A stretch of 64,000 nucleotides of DNA from Lepidodermella squamata (Eukaryota; Animalia; Gastrotricha), in contig JBLDXI010000019.1 in assembly GCA_047495785.1 (NCBI GenBank), positions 372,001 through 436,000 of the forward strand. Reading direction: 5' to 3'. Within the stretch, counting starts at the first letter, position 1. Each line of letters starts with the position of its first letter. Both the position numbers and the translations under genes were made by a program. The notes below the pieces were generated by a model. That model saw only the letters and a program-made list of their open reading frames with translations. It ran no database searches and was not told the DNA's origin. Positions 12,698 to 24,521 of this stretch are shown in pieces.

Positions 12698-14409
12698 ATA
12701 AGACTAAATGAAAATGGAAGAAGTCCTACTTTGGACAACGCTTTTAATTAGGATCTAGAAAGTGTTATGGATTCGAAAAATTTGCAATTTCGCGCAATGA
12801 AATCGAAATGAAATCGCTTAGGAAAATTTTTAAATAATGAATATGCTAATTCAAGTTTTGTTTGATTTTTTTCGCCCAAAAAATCTAGCTGAAATGGGAT
12901 ACAAAATTTAAATAATATGGACCATAATAATTATAACAAGACATCAAAGGTGCCTCCTGAAAATTACTAGAACAATGCACTTAGCCTAAATAGGACTGCC
13001 CGCGAAACACAAGCGGCGAGAATGGATAACTTATAAATAGGCGATTTATCTCCGGAATCATTTGCAACAATGTTCTTGCGGTGTATGACTTGACCTCTAT
13101 CAGTGTCACAATATCACTCGTTTAGCGTTTATTGCCCGCCGCCTGGCGCCGAGGGTGTAAATAAATCAATGCACCACGTCATTTGTTGTTATGAACGCTC
13201 GCGCGCACTCGCACATATGCCATATGTGCGCAATCACTAATATATTGAATTCACTAGGCCCGCCAATTCAAATATTGCGCGACAAGAACGATATGGGCTC
13301 AAAAGGTGTATAATTCATCGCCTTATTTGTCGACAGAACCAAAACCAGTTCCTAATTCATTGGCTGATAAAAGTCTGATTTATACTATGGACTATAACAC
13401 TGTGGCTGCGCTGGTGTCTCTTTTATTTGTCCGCTGGTGGCTTGGGGCCATATTAGCTTTCTTTCTGATTAGAAAATAAATGACTTCTTCGGAATCGGAA
13501 TAGATAGTGAATCAATCCGTTGAATTATTCATTTTGCAATCCCTTTTCTGAGTTATCTTTCAATTTCATGTTTGGAGCTGCTCTCCGTTGGGCGCATAGA
13601 AAATCAGGCACATTGTTTTAGAAACGGCATGGAACTGCAATCGGCTTGTCTATTTTTGCTAAGTAACAAATGTCACCATCGATGATGCCCTTTGTTGCCT
13701 TCCTCTTCTTGGCTAGCTTTCGGCCTTCAAAACTCTCACAGAATGGAAAATAGGTTCAGCACATCCTGGCTATGTGCTTTTCGTCAATAAGTGCCACACC
13801 TTTCGAGCCAGCTCTAAATTGGTAATAAAAAATTGAGAGTCACAGAAAAAATAATATTTAAAAGACACAATTCATCGATGTTCAGAATTTCTTGGGAATT
13901 TCCCTCACAGCAATTATTGAACGGGCGAGATTGTCCTACTCATCTTCATCGTCGCTTGATATGAAGCCTCATGACAATTCTGCTTCATTAGAATGAGCAT
14001 GTTAGAAAAGCGTGATTTGTGTTATTTTTTTAAAGAGAAAGAATCTTATTTTTGTCGGGCTCATGAATCGAATTAATGCGATCAGCTCATAAATTGTCCG
14101 TCACGTGGCACGTGGCGCAGAGATTCTTGTTAAGGAAGATTAAGGCTTTCGGGTACGTCTCATGCTTCATTCGGCTGATAACAATTTGATGAATGGCCTA
14201 TTCAATGGCTAGAATCGTGTCTGTTTCAGAACCTCAGACATAGTCTTTCGATATATTTAACCGATGACCAGTAAAAAATTATCGTTTGAAGTTTAACGGC
14301 ACCAAATTACAGCAGTTATGATTCATTGTTTTGGCAAGACGAATTATGCCGAATCTAATTGAATACGTGGTTGAGCATAGTGGATTACATGCGCCGGGAA
14401 GTGTTCAAT

Positions 14410-14447
14410 AAACCCGCCCACAGTTAAACAAAGCTATTATCTAAAAG
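14410..14447 (+). promoter_or_regulatory. Conserved upstream motif of family genes (also at 6328-6362 and 16047-16083)
   Basis: AAACC(C/G)GCCCACA(G/C)TTAA(A/G)CA..ATTATC is retained upstream of copies 1, 2 and 3 while neighbouring sequence diverges. Confidence 0.45.
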
Positions 14448-14660
14448 CGTTACGAAATGTCTTGAAACATAATAAAACCAAACACGAATGAAAAACACCG
14501 GTCGCTGTGAAATTAACGTGCAAACTTCCTGTAATATACCCATACGAAATTTTAGAAACTTGACAACACATATGAGCGAGAGTTTCTCAATTTTATTCAT
14601 CAACAGACCTACTGCATCCGATAATCTAGAATTTGCTTTTTCTAAACATCATCCTTGATA

Positions 14661-15281
14661 ATGTATACAGTCCTAAATGAAAACTCAAATGAAGAATCAA
14701 ATACAACTGATCACCCGCCGACCTACAACCAAGCAGTTCCGCATAGTGGAAATGGCGCTGAGTTAGCAAATGAAGGATCAAATACAACTGTTCCTCCGCC
14801 GTCATACCACGAAGCAGTTCCTCATGCTGAAGTTGCTGGTTTCGCCGATCCAAGGAAGGAAAATATTGGTAGGCAAAGTTACGTGCCAGCGCCTAGAATG
14901 AACAGTGCAGCTTTCGATGTTGTCACCTCTCAACCGCAGGCTATCATCATCATGGCTCCACGAGTATCATTCGATGAATCAACCAATCGCCTCATGAAAG
15001 CAGCATTATGGTTGTCAGTCATTTCACTGTTCTGTGGATGTTTGTTACTATCGATTCCCGCCTTCATGTGCTATCGCTCAACGAGTCGAAGTCCGCAAGC
15101 TACGAGCAGAAAATCACGAGGTAGCTACATTTGTTCGATAGTGACATCAACGATATCAATAGTTGTCGGTATTGTCGCCACTGTAATTATCATATGGGCG
15201 AGAGTGGCTTCGTTTGATTCATCTGCTACTTCAGCACCTGCTACTTACTACGGGTCTGGTTCATACTATTACGGAAGGTAA
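14661..15281 (+). CDS. CD225/dispanin-like PPxY membrane protein, copy 2
   Basis: PPTY and PPSY in a duplicated 26-aa module, then APRVSFDESTNRL, hydrophobic segment LFCGCLLLSIPAFMCY, basic loop SRKSRG and a TM helix. Confidence 0.85.
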   Translation: MYTVLNENSNEESNTTDHPPTYNQAVPHSGNGAELANEGSNTTVPPPSYHEAVPHAEVAGFADPRKENIGRQSYVPAPRMNSAAFDVVTSQPQAIIIMAPRVSFDESTNRLMKAALWLSVISLFCGCLLLSIPAFMCYRSTSRSPQATSRKSRGSYICSIVTSTISIVVGIVATVIIIWARVASFDSSATSAPATYYGSGSYYYGR

Positions 15282-16217
15282 CACTGTGACTGTCCAGAAT
15301 GGGAAAATATTATAAATTAATCCTGCGTTCAATCAAGTCTCTTTTAAATAAGTTTGATAAGGCATTCTTGCCAAGTTCTCAGTGTTACTAAGGATTCGAT
15401 CTGCATCACCACTTGTATAGCCAGTAGATTTTTAGCTAAAGTGCATCTATAAATATAACAACAATGTGTATCTGTACTATAGCTCGTAGAGTTCTCAAAT
15501 ATTGTGTGTCGTAGCGCAAAGAGTTAGATTCTATCTGCGTCTCAATTTGTTTATTCAATAAAACATGCGTTCTTCTCTGTGAGTTATTTTTTTTAATTTT
15601 TGAAGCTGCTCATTGCTGGACGTACATGTATACAGGCTCATTTGAATACGGTAGGGAATTGTAATCGGCTTATCTATTCTTGCAATAGTAACACATTTCA
15701 TTCTTGTTGATGCCGTGGTGTTCCGGCGACATTTTTTGGCAAATAAAAGTACAATTATTCGTAACGAAGGCAATCCAGCCCCCAGTCTCCATAAAGAAAT
15801 GCTGAAAGAAAACGTAGCTACGCACGCACTAATGATTCATCGCTAGCACTTCAGCAATTAGATGCATGTGCACTAATCGAGGGAGCAAGCATATCGGACT
15901 GAGGATTGTTGTTGGACGTGCATGTTGGTGTTATGCTTCTTCGACCTCAGTATCCACTACAGCAATGTACCAGCAATGACATGGCGCTGAGAATGGCGCG
16001 CGTGAGTATAGTGGATTCAAGTTTTATATGAGGATAATTATTTACTAAACCGGCCCACACTTAAGCAAAGAATTATCCGAAAGCGTTGAGAAATACCTTT
16101 AAACATAATAAAATGCATATGAGTGAAACCTTGTCGCTGTATATTTGACGCTTGAACTCCCTATACCTACTACAAGTTTTTCTTTTGCATTTTAATTTTT
16201 TCAAAGCTAAATTTTAC

Positions 16218-16400
16218 CAGCGACGCTGGCTAAGTGCCCAGTTCTGCCTGCCTATTCATTTTCTCTGCTGTTATTTTGCACCAGCATATGGGGCATCAGC
16301 AACTAATGAATAAAAATAAGCAGAAGCTGCTTACGAAAAATTTGGAGAATTAAAAAATGAATAGGCAGAAAAAAGTGGGCACGTGAAAGACAGCGCTATG
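16218..16400. mobile_element. Small MITE-like inverted repeat upstream of copy 3
   Basis: GTGCCCA...CTGCCTATTCATTTT pairs with AAAATGAATAGGCAG...TGGGCAC. Absent from the homologous upstream region of copy 2. Confidence 0.45.
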
Positions 16401-16558
16401 ACATTTATTTTGACCAAAATGAAAATAGAATATGGAAGACGTATACCCACACGAAATTTTTTTAAAGCCCACGGCACGATACGCGAGATTTCTTGATATT
16501 TTTCATAACCATAGTTACTGAATCCTATAACCTAGAGTTAAATTTCTAAACATCTGGG

Positions 16559-17026
16559 ATGATAACTGCAATCTCGAAAGAAAATGCATATGATGGATCA
16601 AACAAAACCGATGTCCCGCCGTCGGACCACCAAGCAGTTCCACATGCAAATGGCACTGGGTTCGCCAATCCCTGGAAGGAAAATATTGGTATGCCAAGTT
16701 ACGCGCCAGCGACAGGAATGAACTGTGCAGTTGTCGAACCGCAGGCTGTTATCATCATGACTCCACGAGTTTCATTCGATGAATCCACAGATCGCCTCCG
16801 GAAAGTAGCACGTTGGATTTCAGTCTTTTCGCTGATCCTGGGATGTTTGTTTCTATCGATTCCCGCCTGGTGGTGCTATCGCCAAAAGAATCGAAGATCG
16901 GAAGCTACGAGCAGAAAATCGCGGGGCACCTATATTTTAGTAATAGCGACGTCGGCGATATCAATCGTTATGGGCTTATCCTCCGTTGCAGTCCTCATAT
17001 GGTTGAGGATTGTTGACTTAATCTGA
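16559..17026 (+). CDS. CD225/dispanin-like membrane protein, copy 3 (PPxY degenerate: PPSD)
   Basis: Same core (RVSFDESTDRL...LSIPAWWCY...SRKSRGTY) with a very short C-terminal tail. Confidence 0.8.
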   Translation: MITAISKENAYDGSNKTDVPPSDHQAVPHANGTGFANPWKENIGMPSYAPATGMNCAVVEPQAVIIMTPRVSFDESTDRLRKVARWISVFSLILGCLFLSIPAWWCYRQKNRRSEATSRKSRGTYILVIATSAISIVMGLSSVAVLIWLRIVDLI

Positions 17027-18414
17027 ATCTAAATGAATTTTCGGAATCTGAATAGATTGTATATGAAATCAAGCGTAAAATTGTTTGTGTGTTATTTTTA
17101 ATTTTTAATTTTAGGAGCTGCCTAATCACCAGTGGCGTAACTAGGTCTACCAAACTGGGTGGCAAGCCTTGGGGCCAGCACGTCTTTTCTACGTATTTGC
17201 GGCCCCGAATTTTTCAGACCAAAGGGCCCCCCCCCCCCCCCTGTGGTACCGCACGAAATCATCAGAAATCGCTATGGAGGTCAAGGTCAGTTAACGCCAA
17301 AAACGCCAAAATCATCATACTTGCTCATACTACGAGAATAGAAAAAGTAGAGCATTTGATAAAGAAAGACATAATATAGCAGCACGACATTAAACCATTT
17401 GCTACACAATTCTGAATGCGCAGAACATTTGTCCCACACCTTTTTTGTTATTTGGGAACACTGATGTGAAAGCCTAGCAGCAATGATGAGTCGCGTGCTT
17501 GGAAAAATGAATTTATATCGCTGGGAAGAATTGTCATAACCTTTGTACTTAGTACGTGAGTCATTTCGCCCCTCAGAGCAGATGAGTTTCTGCGTATGTG
17601 GGTTGTTTGGCGCATAACTATTTTCTTCGAGGAAGAAAAACCTGCCGAATCCTAGTCAATCCTGCGCCACGATCGGCAGTGATAGATTCCAGTGAAACTG
17701 TTATTCGTGAAAAGCTGCCAAAGAACCCCATAATTTTGATTCAGAGCGATAGAACGCTCTTAGATCTAAATTTTCCTGTAAGAATTGATTTTTTATGATT
17801 TCGTGGAATTTTTTGAAAAAAAATGAAGAAACAGTAGCCAGACGATTTCTATGAAACCAGATGAATCTATGTGAACTATCGTGATTGAAACTTTCAGTCA
17901 AATTAGAAACTGATATCAGGAGTCCTTAGCTTAGCATACAGGTGCGAATTTTCCGACCAGTCCTTGTATTTTCGAAATTCGATTGTTTTGCTTGGCTGAT
18001 GAAGTATTTGTGGCCGTGAAAGGGTTTTAATGTTCCGCGAACATTTGTTTTTTGAATATTTTTTTTAATTTTTTGAAACGCTACGCCAACCATTTTATTA
18101 CTTTTCATTCGGACGGTCTCACTTGTCAGAAACAACCCACGCATGGCACGTCAAATGCAGTTAAGCATTATTTTCATCTTAATGCGTTAGCAATTTTCGT
18201 TAAGATTAAACACTCACGAATGATTAATACCCGGTCGCTGTAGCATCCGGAATTATCTTCCTATCTCAGGTAGAGGCTAAAAGAAGACGAAACGTGATAA
18301 TTGTTAAATTATTTAGGCCTCCCCTTGGTGAATAATCAATAGAATTCCACTAAGATCTTAGGAGTTCAGTATGAACTGTCAAATGTTTTGTCTTTTGCCC
18401 AACCATTTAGGAAA

Positions 18415-19101
18415 ATGCTTACAGCCTTGAATGAAAACTCAAATGAAGGATCAAATGCAACTGATTCTAACCGAGCAGTTCCACAAGGTAAAAATGGCGC
18501 TGGGTTTGCAAATGATGGATCAAGTACAGCAACTGATCTCCCACCGTCACACGATCAAGCACATGATGAAAATGTGTCCGCTGGGTTAGCCAATCCAAGG
18601 CAGGTAAATAATGGTATGCAAAATTCTTGGCCAGCGACAGTGATGAACGATGCAGTTATCGAGGTTGTAGAAGCCCGACCGCAGGCAACCTTCATCATGG
18701 CTCCACGAAGTTCCTTCGATGAATCTACCAATCGCTTAAGAAGAGCAGCAGGTTGTATGGCTCGCTTTGCTATGTTTCTTGGTTATGTGCCGCTGTCAAT
18801 TCCTGCTTGGGTATGCTATAGTCTAAAGAACCAAAGTATAGAGGCTAATAGCAGAAAAGCAAGAGGTACCTACGTATGCTCGATAGTGACATCATCGATA
18901 TCTATTGTCCTGTGCATTTTTATCGTTGCAATTTTTATTTCATGGGTGGATTCAAATGTGAAATCGAACTCATCTTCGTTATTGTCCAATTCTGCATCTT
19001 CCTATGAGCATCATATTCATGCGCCACACTCAGGGCATTCAAGCGAAGAAACAAATGACGAGCATGAAGAATTTGCTGAACATTTCAGTGCTGTAGAATG
19101 A
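18415..19101 (+). CDS. CD225/dispanin-like membrane protein, copy 4 (PPSH; His/Glu-rich tail)
   Basis: ATG at 18415 follows TTTAG/GAAA (acceptor of a probable 5'UTR intron). Family core is intact. Confidence 0.85.
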   Translation: MLTALNENSNEGSNATDSNRAVPQGKNGAGFANDGSSTATDLPPSHDQAHDENVSAGLANPRQVNNGMQNSWPATVMNDAVIEVVEARPQATFIMAPRSSFDESTNRLRRAAGCMARFAMFLGYVPLSIPAWVCYSLKNQSIEANSRKARGTYVCSIVTSSISIVLCIFIVAIFISWVDSNVKSNSSSLLSNSASSYEHHIHAPHSGHSSEETNDEHEEFAEHFSAVE

Positions 19102-19320
19102 TAGAGCAGGCTGAAATTCATGACCCACCCAACCACTTTGTATGCACTATTTTCTTTGTCTGATTTTCCGTTTGTCGTTCAAGTTCAAGATAATCATAAA
19201 ATTGAAAAATTCGGATTGAGAATAAGGCTAATAACGAATTTCATTTCATTCGCCTCCATTGCGCCACCCGGACGGCGCCGTTGGCGGAGTTTCGTTGATT
19301 CGCAACACTTCTGGCATAAA

Positions 19321-19703
19321 GATCGCCTCAGGATAGCAGCATGTTGGATGGCGTGCATCTCGACGTTTATGGGAGCGGTATTATCGATTGCCGCTTGGTT
19401 ATACTATCGCCAAAAGAATCGAAGCAGGGTGCGATCTTGGATCTCAGAGCTAACAGGTATTTTATCAATCGTAACTCGTAACGTCCGCAATATCAACCGC
19501 TTTGGACACTTCCGCCGCTATATTTGTCACATGGGTGGCGAGATTGTCTAATCATCGCCTTATTCGTCGACTGACCCAAAACCAGTTTATAACTCATTGT
19601 CTAATAAAATTTTGACTTTTACTATGGATTATAACACTGTGATTGTGTTGTTTCCTCTTCTGTTTGTCCGCTGGAGGCTAGGGGCTAATTTAGCTAATAA
19701 ATG
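19321..19703 (+). pseudogene. 5'-truncated, frameshifted family copy 5 (copy-1 subtype)
   Basis: DRLRIAACWMACIS...YRQKNRS followed by frameshifts. The 3' part is homologous to 13295-13479. Confidence 0.75.
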
Positions 19704-19922
19704 AATCCTTTACATTGTTTGATAAGTCATTTTTGTTATCTTTTTTCTGCGTTATAAACAAATCCGTCTTGGCCAGTGTTTAGCCAGACAATTCAAATTC
19801 AAAATTTCAGTATGTAACGTGTAACGGATAATGATAAAATGAAGCTTGATGAAACCAAAGTATACGACAAGTTTATAATTCATTATTCACTTTTTTGGCA
19901 AGATGACTTGATTGCGAGAATG

Positions 19923-20290
19923 CGCCTGGAATGAACGGTGTAGCTTTCGAAGTTGTAACCTCTCAACCGCAGGCTATCATCATCATGACTCCTTAGGTTT
20001 CATTCGACAAATCAACCGATCACCTCAGGAAAGCAGCATGTTGGTTGTCAATAATTTCGCTGTTCTTTGGATGTTTGTTATACTAGCGATTCCCGCCTTT
20101 AAGTGCTATCGCTCAGCGAGTCGAAGTTCGCAAGCTACGAGCAGAAAATCGCGGGGTTGCTACATACGCTCGATAGTGACCTCAGTGATATCAATAGTAA
20201 TCGGCATTTTCGCCACTGTATTTATCTTATATTCGCAGTGGCTTCATTCTCTTCACCTGACCTATAACCTGCTACTTACTACGGAGGGTA
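19923..20290 (+). pseudogene. 5'-truncated, frameshifted family copy 6 (copy-2 subtype)
   Basis: Nucleotide similarity to 14890-15290. The frame switches before LAIPAFKCYRSASRSSQATSRKSRGCY. Confidence 0.75.
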
Positions 20291-20466
20291 ACAATATGGC
20301 TGTGCGGGAACGGAAAACATTACCGTAAATTGGGGCAAAATGGGCGCGGGAAAAAAATTATCCCCTGTTTTTTCGCATTTTTACACGTTTCAGAGGGTCC
20401 TGATTCCGATTTTATAGGAAGCTCATTTTGCCCCAGGTTTGGGTTGTTAATATTTAGTGATTGTGA

Positions 20467-20545
20467 GGGTTGAATTGTCGAGTGGTTGTGATGCGTCATC
20501 AGAACTTGAGTGATCTGATGACCGACGGTTCGAATCCTCATAAAG
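20467..20545 (+). repeat. tRNA-derived SINE-like head (Pol III A/B boxes)
   Basis: A-box-like TTGTCGAGTGG, hairpin GTCATCAGA/TCTGATGAC, B-box GGTTCGAATCC. No complete cloverleaf. The adjacent 20532-20580 segment is inverted at 20725-20777. Confidence 0.4.
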
Positions 20546-21478
20546 CAGCATTTTTTTGCTACGCATTTAATATTTTAATTTTTTTGTTTTAATTGTCCAT
20601 TTTAATAATTTTTAATTAGTTTCCCCGTTTTTTCTGATAGTATTACTGCTGAGCAACTTTTAAACGTCTAGCGAACAAAAAATGGCCGGGATACGTGGCG
20701 TTAGTGGAATAATTAAAATGGAAAATTAATAAAAAAATTAAATGCGGAGCAAAAAAATGCTGCTTTATGAGGATTCCCGCACGAAATCATCATAAATCGC
20801 AATGGAGGTCAAGGTCAGTAAACGCAAAAAACGCCAAAATCGACTACAGCTCACATAACCGCGTCAATGAAACCTTTCTGGAGGATGCAGTCGATTGTCA
20901 ACGCATGAAACATCCTATAGCAGGATCAGGAGGATATTTGACACAGAAAGACGTAAACCAGCAGTACGACATAAAAAGTCCGACTGTAATTGTGAATTCG
21001 CGGATATTTTTCGTGATTTGGAAACACTTGGAAAAGCTTAGCCGCAATGGAGAATTGCATGAATGAAAGATGAATTCATACTTATCCCTTGAAAACTCAT
21101 TTTCCCAAACTTTATAATTTCTACTTAGGAATTTTTTGTTTATCAGGACGGAATTTCCGCTTTTGCTCGATCAAAAATGTAACAATTTGAGTATAGTAGG
21201 GCCCACCAGCGGCATTTTCGGCCCTGATCAGCCGCAAAAATCTTGGACTTTCCAACCAGCTGCACTGTGGGTACATTTTCATTCGAAATCGGCCGCAGCA
21301 ACTGTTTCTTCGATAACATTGTATTCTCGATGAGAAAAACACTCGAACCCACCCTGGCAGACAAAGCAGGAGAAATTGTTCAGACTACCTGAACTAAAAT
21401 GCTAGCCAGCTTTCCCGATTTCTTTCATCGATTTCATAGTAACTGCTACCGATCTCGGCACAGGTTGGCACCAGATTA

Positions 21479-23042
21479 CCGTAACGAGTGGTAATTTTGG
21501 ACAAAACGTGTTTTTCGAACATTAAAAATCAGCATTTGCTCCTAAATTTCTGAAATTTTTACCAAAGGTTTTAAAAAATTTGAGAATTTTACCTGACCTT
21601 TGGCTAATTAATATGTGTTCCGGTAACTTTGGGCAATTAGAGGGTAGTTTTGGACACTCATTTGCATATGCAATTTCATTGAAATTTCATTGTGAATTAT
21701 CTGTTTTTCCCGCTTTTTCATTTAATCTTAGGTCAGATTCCGACATAGAGATGATAGAGTGCTCACTCCCCACCAAAACCATACAACGCTATGGGGGCCA
21801 TATGGCAGGGGATTAACTCATTGTCCTGGAGTACAAAACTGAACTAATTACAAATCGATCGATCGCACAAATCGCTGGCGCCAGCGCTTCGATTATCGAT
21901 TACAGAGTCGGGCTCTGGGTCATCGCTAAACTGAGAGACGGCCGATTTTTTGATACTAAATTTAACCAGGTAGCATTTTTAGAAGTGGTCGATAGGCGAC
22001 CGATAAGTCAACGTCCCTTTTCGACCTTTTACCTTTGAGGCGGTCCACACCTGGATCTAAGGTGAAATTGAACGACCTTTTGAAGCCAAGTTATTCATCA
22101 GGTGGGAACGATCATTTTGACACCTGATTTAGATCTGGAACCCCTACATTTTGATCGATACAAATTTTCGAAATTAAATCACCCTTAAAAAGCACTTTTT
22201 TGACTGTTTTCAGCAGTTTTTCACTGAGTAAACACTGTTGCGTAATTATTGAAAAAGAGTTTTTTGCGCAAGGATTAACTTTTAACATCCAATTTTGATG
22301 AGTCATGGTCGTTCACACGCACAAAATAAAGATTTTTGGCTTATAAAATTAGTTTTTAAGGGTTAATTAACTTCGAAAATTTGTATCGATCAAAATATAG
22401 GGGTTCCAGATCTAAATCAGGTGTCAAAATGATCGTTCCCACCTGATGAATAACTTGGCTTCAAAAGGTCGTTCAATTTCACCTTAGATCCAGGTGTCGA
22501 TTTGTAATTAGTTCAGTTTTGTACTCCAGGACAATGAGTTAATCCCCTGCCATATGGCCCCCATAGCGTTGTATGGTTTTGGTGGGGAGTGAGCACTCTA
22601 TCATCTCTATGGTTTCTCGAAAGTTCAATGAAAATGTGTTTTTGCGCAGCAGCATACTTAACCCGTCCAAAAGTGTCCAAAATTACCCCAATTTTCACCT
22701 GTTTTTCAGGTAAATGCCCCGCTAAAACGCGTCGACGGATTGTCATTTTTTCTTCGATTATAGGGAGAGTAAAGATAGGAGAATACTTCATTGAAAACTG
22801 ATCGATTATTAGAAAGATAGAAGGGGGTCCCAAAACGGCACCAAAGTCTCACTGCTTGCAACTTTTTCTGAAATTCGATTTCTGCTCCAATCGTCTTGAT
22901 TTTTATGTCAAATAAAGGCTGAAGAGACGGAGCATTTTATGCGAAAACTCCCATGATTTAAACGTTCAACCCTGAAAAGTTGCAAACCTGCAAAGCCGAA
23001 AGTGTCCAAAGTTACCCTGTCCACAATCACCACACGTTACGG
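21479..23042. mobile_element. Non-autonomous Tc1/mariner/pogo-type element
   Basis: TA|CCGTAACGAGTGGTAATTTTGGACA ... TGTCCACAATCACCACACGTTACGG|TA, giving a TA TSD. Subterminal GTAACTTTGG/TTTGGACAC motifs. Confidence 0.75.
21744..22611. mobile_element. Nested foldback MITE with CATAGAG termini (P-element-like)
   Basis: Apparently perfect TIRs of about 115 bp (21744-21858 / 22497-22611) plus a second inverted pair at about 22048-22180 / 22366-22497. The TSD is not clean. Confidence 0.75.
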
Positions 23043-23852
23043 TACTGATTTTCAGCTTAAGCGTCGCAAATTTTACTACACAAAGCGGGTAGCTTGGCCG
23101 CGTAGCTACTAATCCTGACTGAAAGATGGCTCATCAGTCAACTTGGCACCACGTTTTTCGATTTAGGGTTTAGTGAACATTTTATTTGTGAAAACTGGCC
23201 GGATTTCTCCATAGAATTGATTGCGAGAGAAGAATCGTTTCAATCGACATCGTTTAGCCTTATTTCCTGCGAGACCTGACACCCCATTTCTTGTTTTGAT
23301 TTAATTCTCAAACTGACAAAACAGTAGCCTAGCTGAGGAATTTGATAAAACCGGATGGATTCATAGTCGATAAACTAGCTCAATTGAAATTTTCAGCGAA
23401 ATCAGCAGATATCAAGAGTCTTAGCATAGCGTTAGGGTGACGATTTTCCGACTAGTTCCTTCATTTGCCTGAATATTCGATTGTTTTGCTTGGCTCCTAA
23501 CAAAATATGCACGTGAAAGGGCTTTAAAAGATCCACAACACTTTTTCATGCTTTTCATGCGGACGGTCTCACTCGTCATAAAAACAACCCACAACCCACG
23601 TTAACGGCAGTCAAACATTATATCATTTTAATGCGTGAGCATTGTCGTGTAAGGCTGAAAACTCACCAATGAGTATAGCCGGGTAGCTTTAGCATCCGGA
23701 AATACCTTCCTATCCCGGCTAGAGTCCATTAAAGAGGACGAAACGCGAGAATTATTTATTAATTTTATCCTCCTCATAGTGAAGTTCCATCAAGAATCAA
23801 GATCTAAAGCGTATAGTGAACTGTCACATGTTGTTTCCAACTATTTAGGAAA

Positions 23853-24521
23853 ATGGTTACAGCCTTGAATGAAAACTCAAACGAAGGATCAACTACAACT
23901 GATCCCCCGCCGTCATACAACCAAGCAGTTCCGCATGGTGAACATGGAGCTGGGTTAGCAATTGAAGGATCAAATACGACTGATCCCCCACCGTCATACG
24001 ATCAAGCACACAATAAAAATGTGTCCCAGCCGGCGACGGTGATGAACGTTACAGTTGTTGAGGTTGTGACCGTCCGACCGCAGCCTATTTTCCTCATGGC
24101 GCCACGAGTTTCATTCGATGAATCCACCAATCGCCTAAGGAGAGCAGCAGGTTGTATGGCTTGTTTTGCTATATTTTTTGGTCTTTTGCCGCTGTCGATA
24201 CCTGCTTTGATATGCTACAACCGAACGAGCCGAAGTGTTGAAGCTAATAGCAAAAAAGCGAAGGATAGCTACATATGCTCGATAGTAACATCATCTATAT
24301 CAATTGCCCTTGGCATTTTAATCACTGCGATTATTGTATGGTGGAGAGTGACCTATTCGTTTTCATCATCGTCCATTCCTCCGCCTAATTATCAAGCTAC
24401 TTTTCTCACATATTTCCCAGATCCAGATCTAGATCTGGTGGATCCAAGCACCACAACCCAACCGACGAATCCCTGGCCTAGAGAATTTGACAAAGCTGAA
24501 TTTTTGAATTCAGGTTTATAG
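23853..24521 (+). CDS. CD225/dispanin-like PPxY membrane protein, copy 7
   Basis: Two PPPSY modules, the family core and a Pro/Thr-rich tail. Confidence 0.87.
   Translation: MVTALNENSNEGSTTTDPPPSYNQAVPHGEHGAGLAIEGSNTTDPPPSYDQAHNKNVSQPATVMNVTVVEVVTVRPQPIFLMAPRVSFDESTNRLRRAAGCMACFAIFFGLLPLSIPALICYNRTSRSVEANSKKAKDSYICSIVTSSISIALGILITAIIVWWRVTYSFSSSSIPPPNYQATFLTYFPDPDLDLVDPSTTTQPTNPWPREFDKAEFLNSGL

Larger units (their letters stand above)
7019..13290 (-). mobile_element. Sola1 DNA transposon, about 6.27 kb
   Basis: TIRs CGTTCTTGTCGCGCAATATTTGAATTG / CAATTCAAATATTGCGCGACAAGAACG, extending imperfectly to about 80 bp. 4-bp TSD ATAT at 7015-7018 and 13291-13294 fits the AWWT preference of Sola1. 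Encodes a DDD transposase. Confidence 0.9.
6558..13479 (+). pseudogene. CD225/dispanin-like family copy 1, frameshifted and split by a Sola1 insertion (6558-7018 + 13295-13479)
   Basis: Family-type start MSTVLNKNSNEGS at 6558. A 7-bp tandem duplication ACCGTCA (6615-6628) shifts the frame. Removing 7019-13294 restores ...AVFIIWAQKVYNSS...FFLIRK*, which is homologous to 19520-19700. Confidence 0.85.

Noticed and set aside
17130-17245. hAT MITE starting CAGTGGCGTA with a poly-C run
   Set aside because: No matching right TIR or TSD was found, so boundaries cannot be supported.
20467-20545. Functional tRNA gene
   Set aside because: It has A/B boxes but no acceptor stem or 7-nt anticodon loop. 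Kept only as SINE-like.
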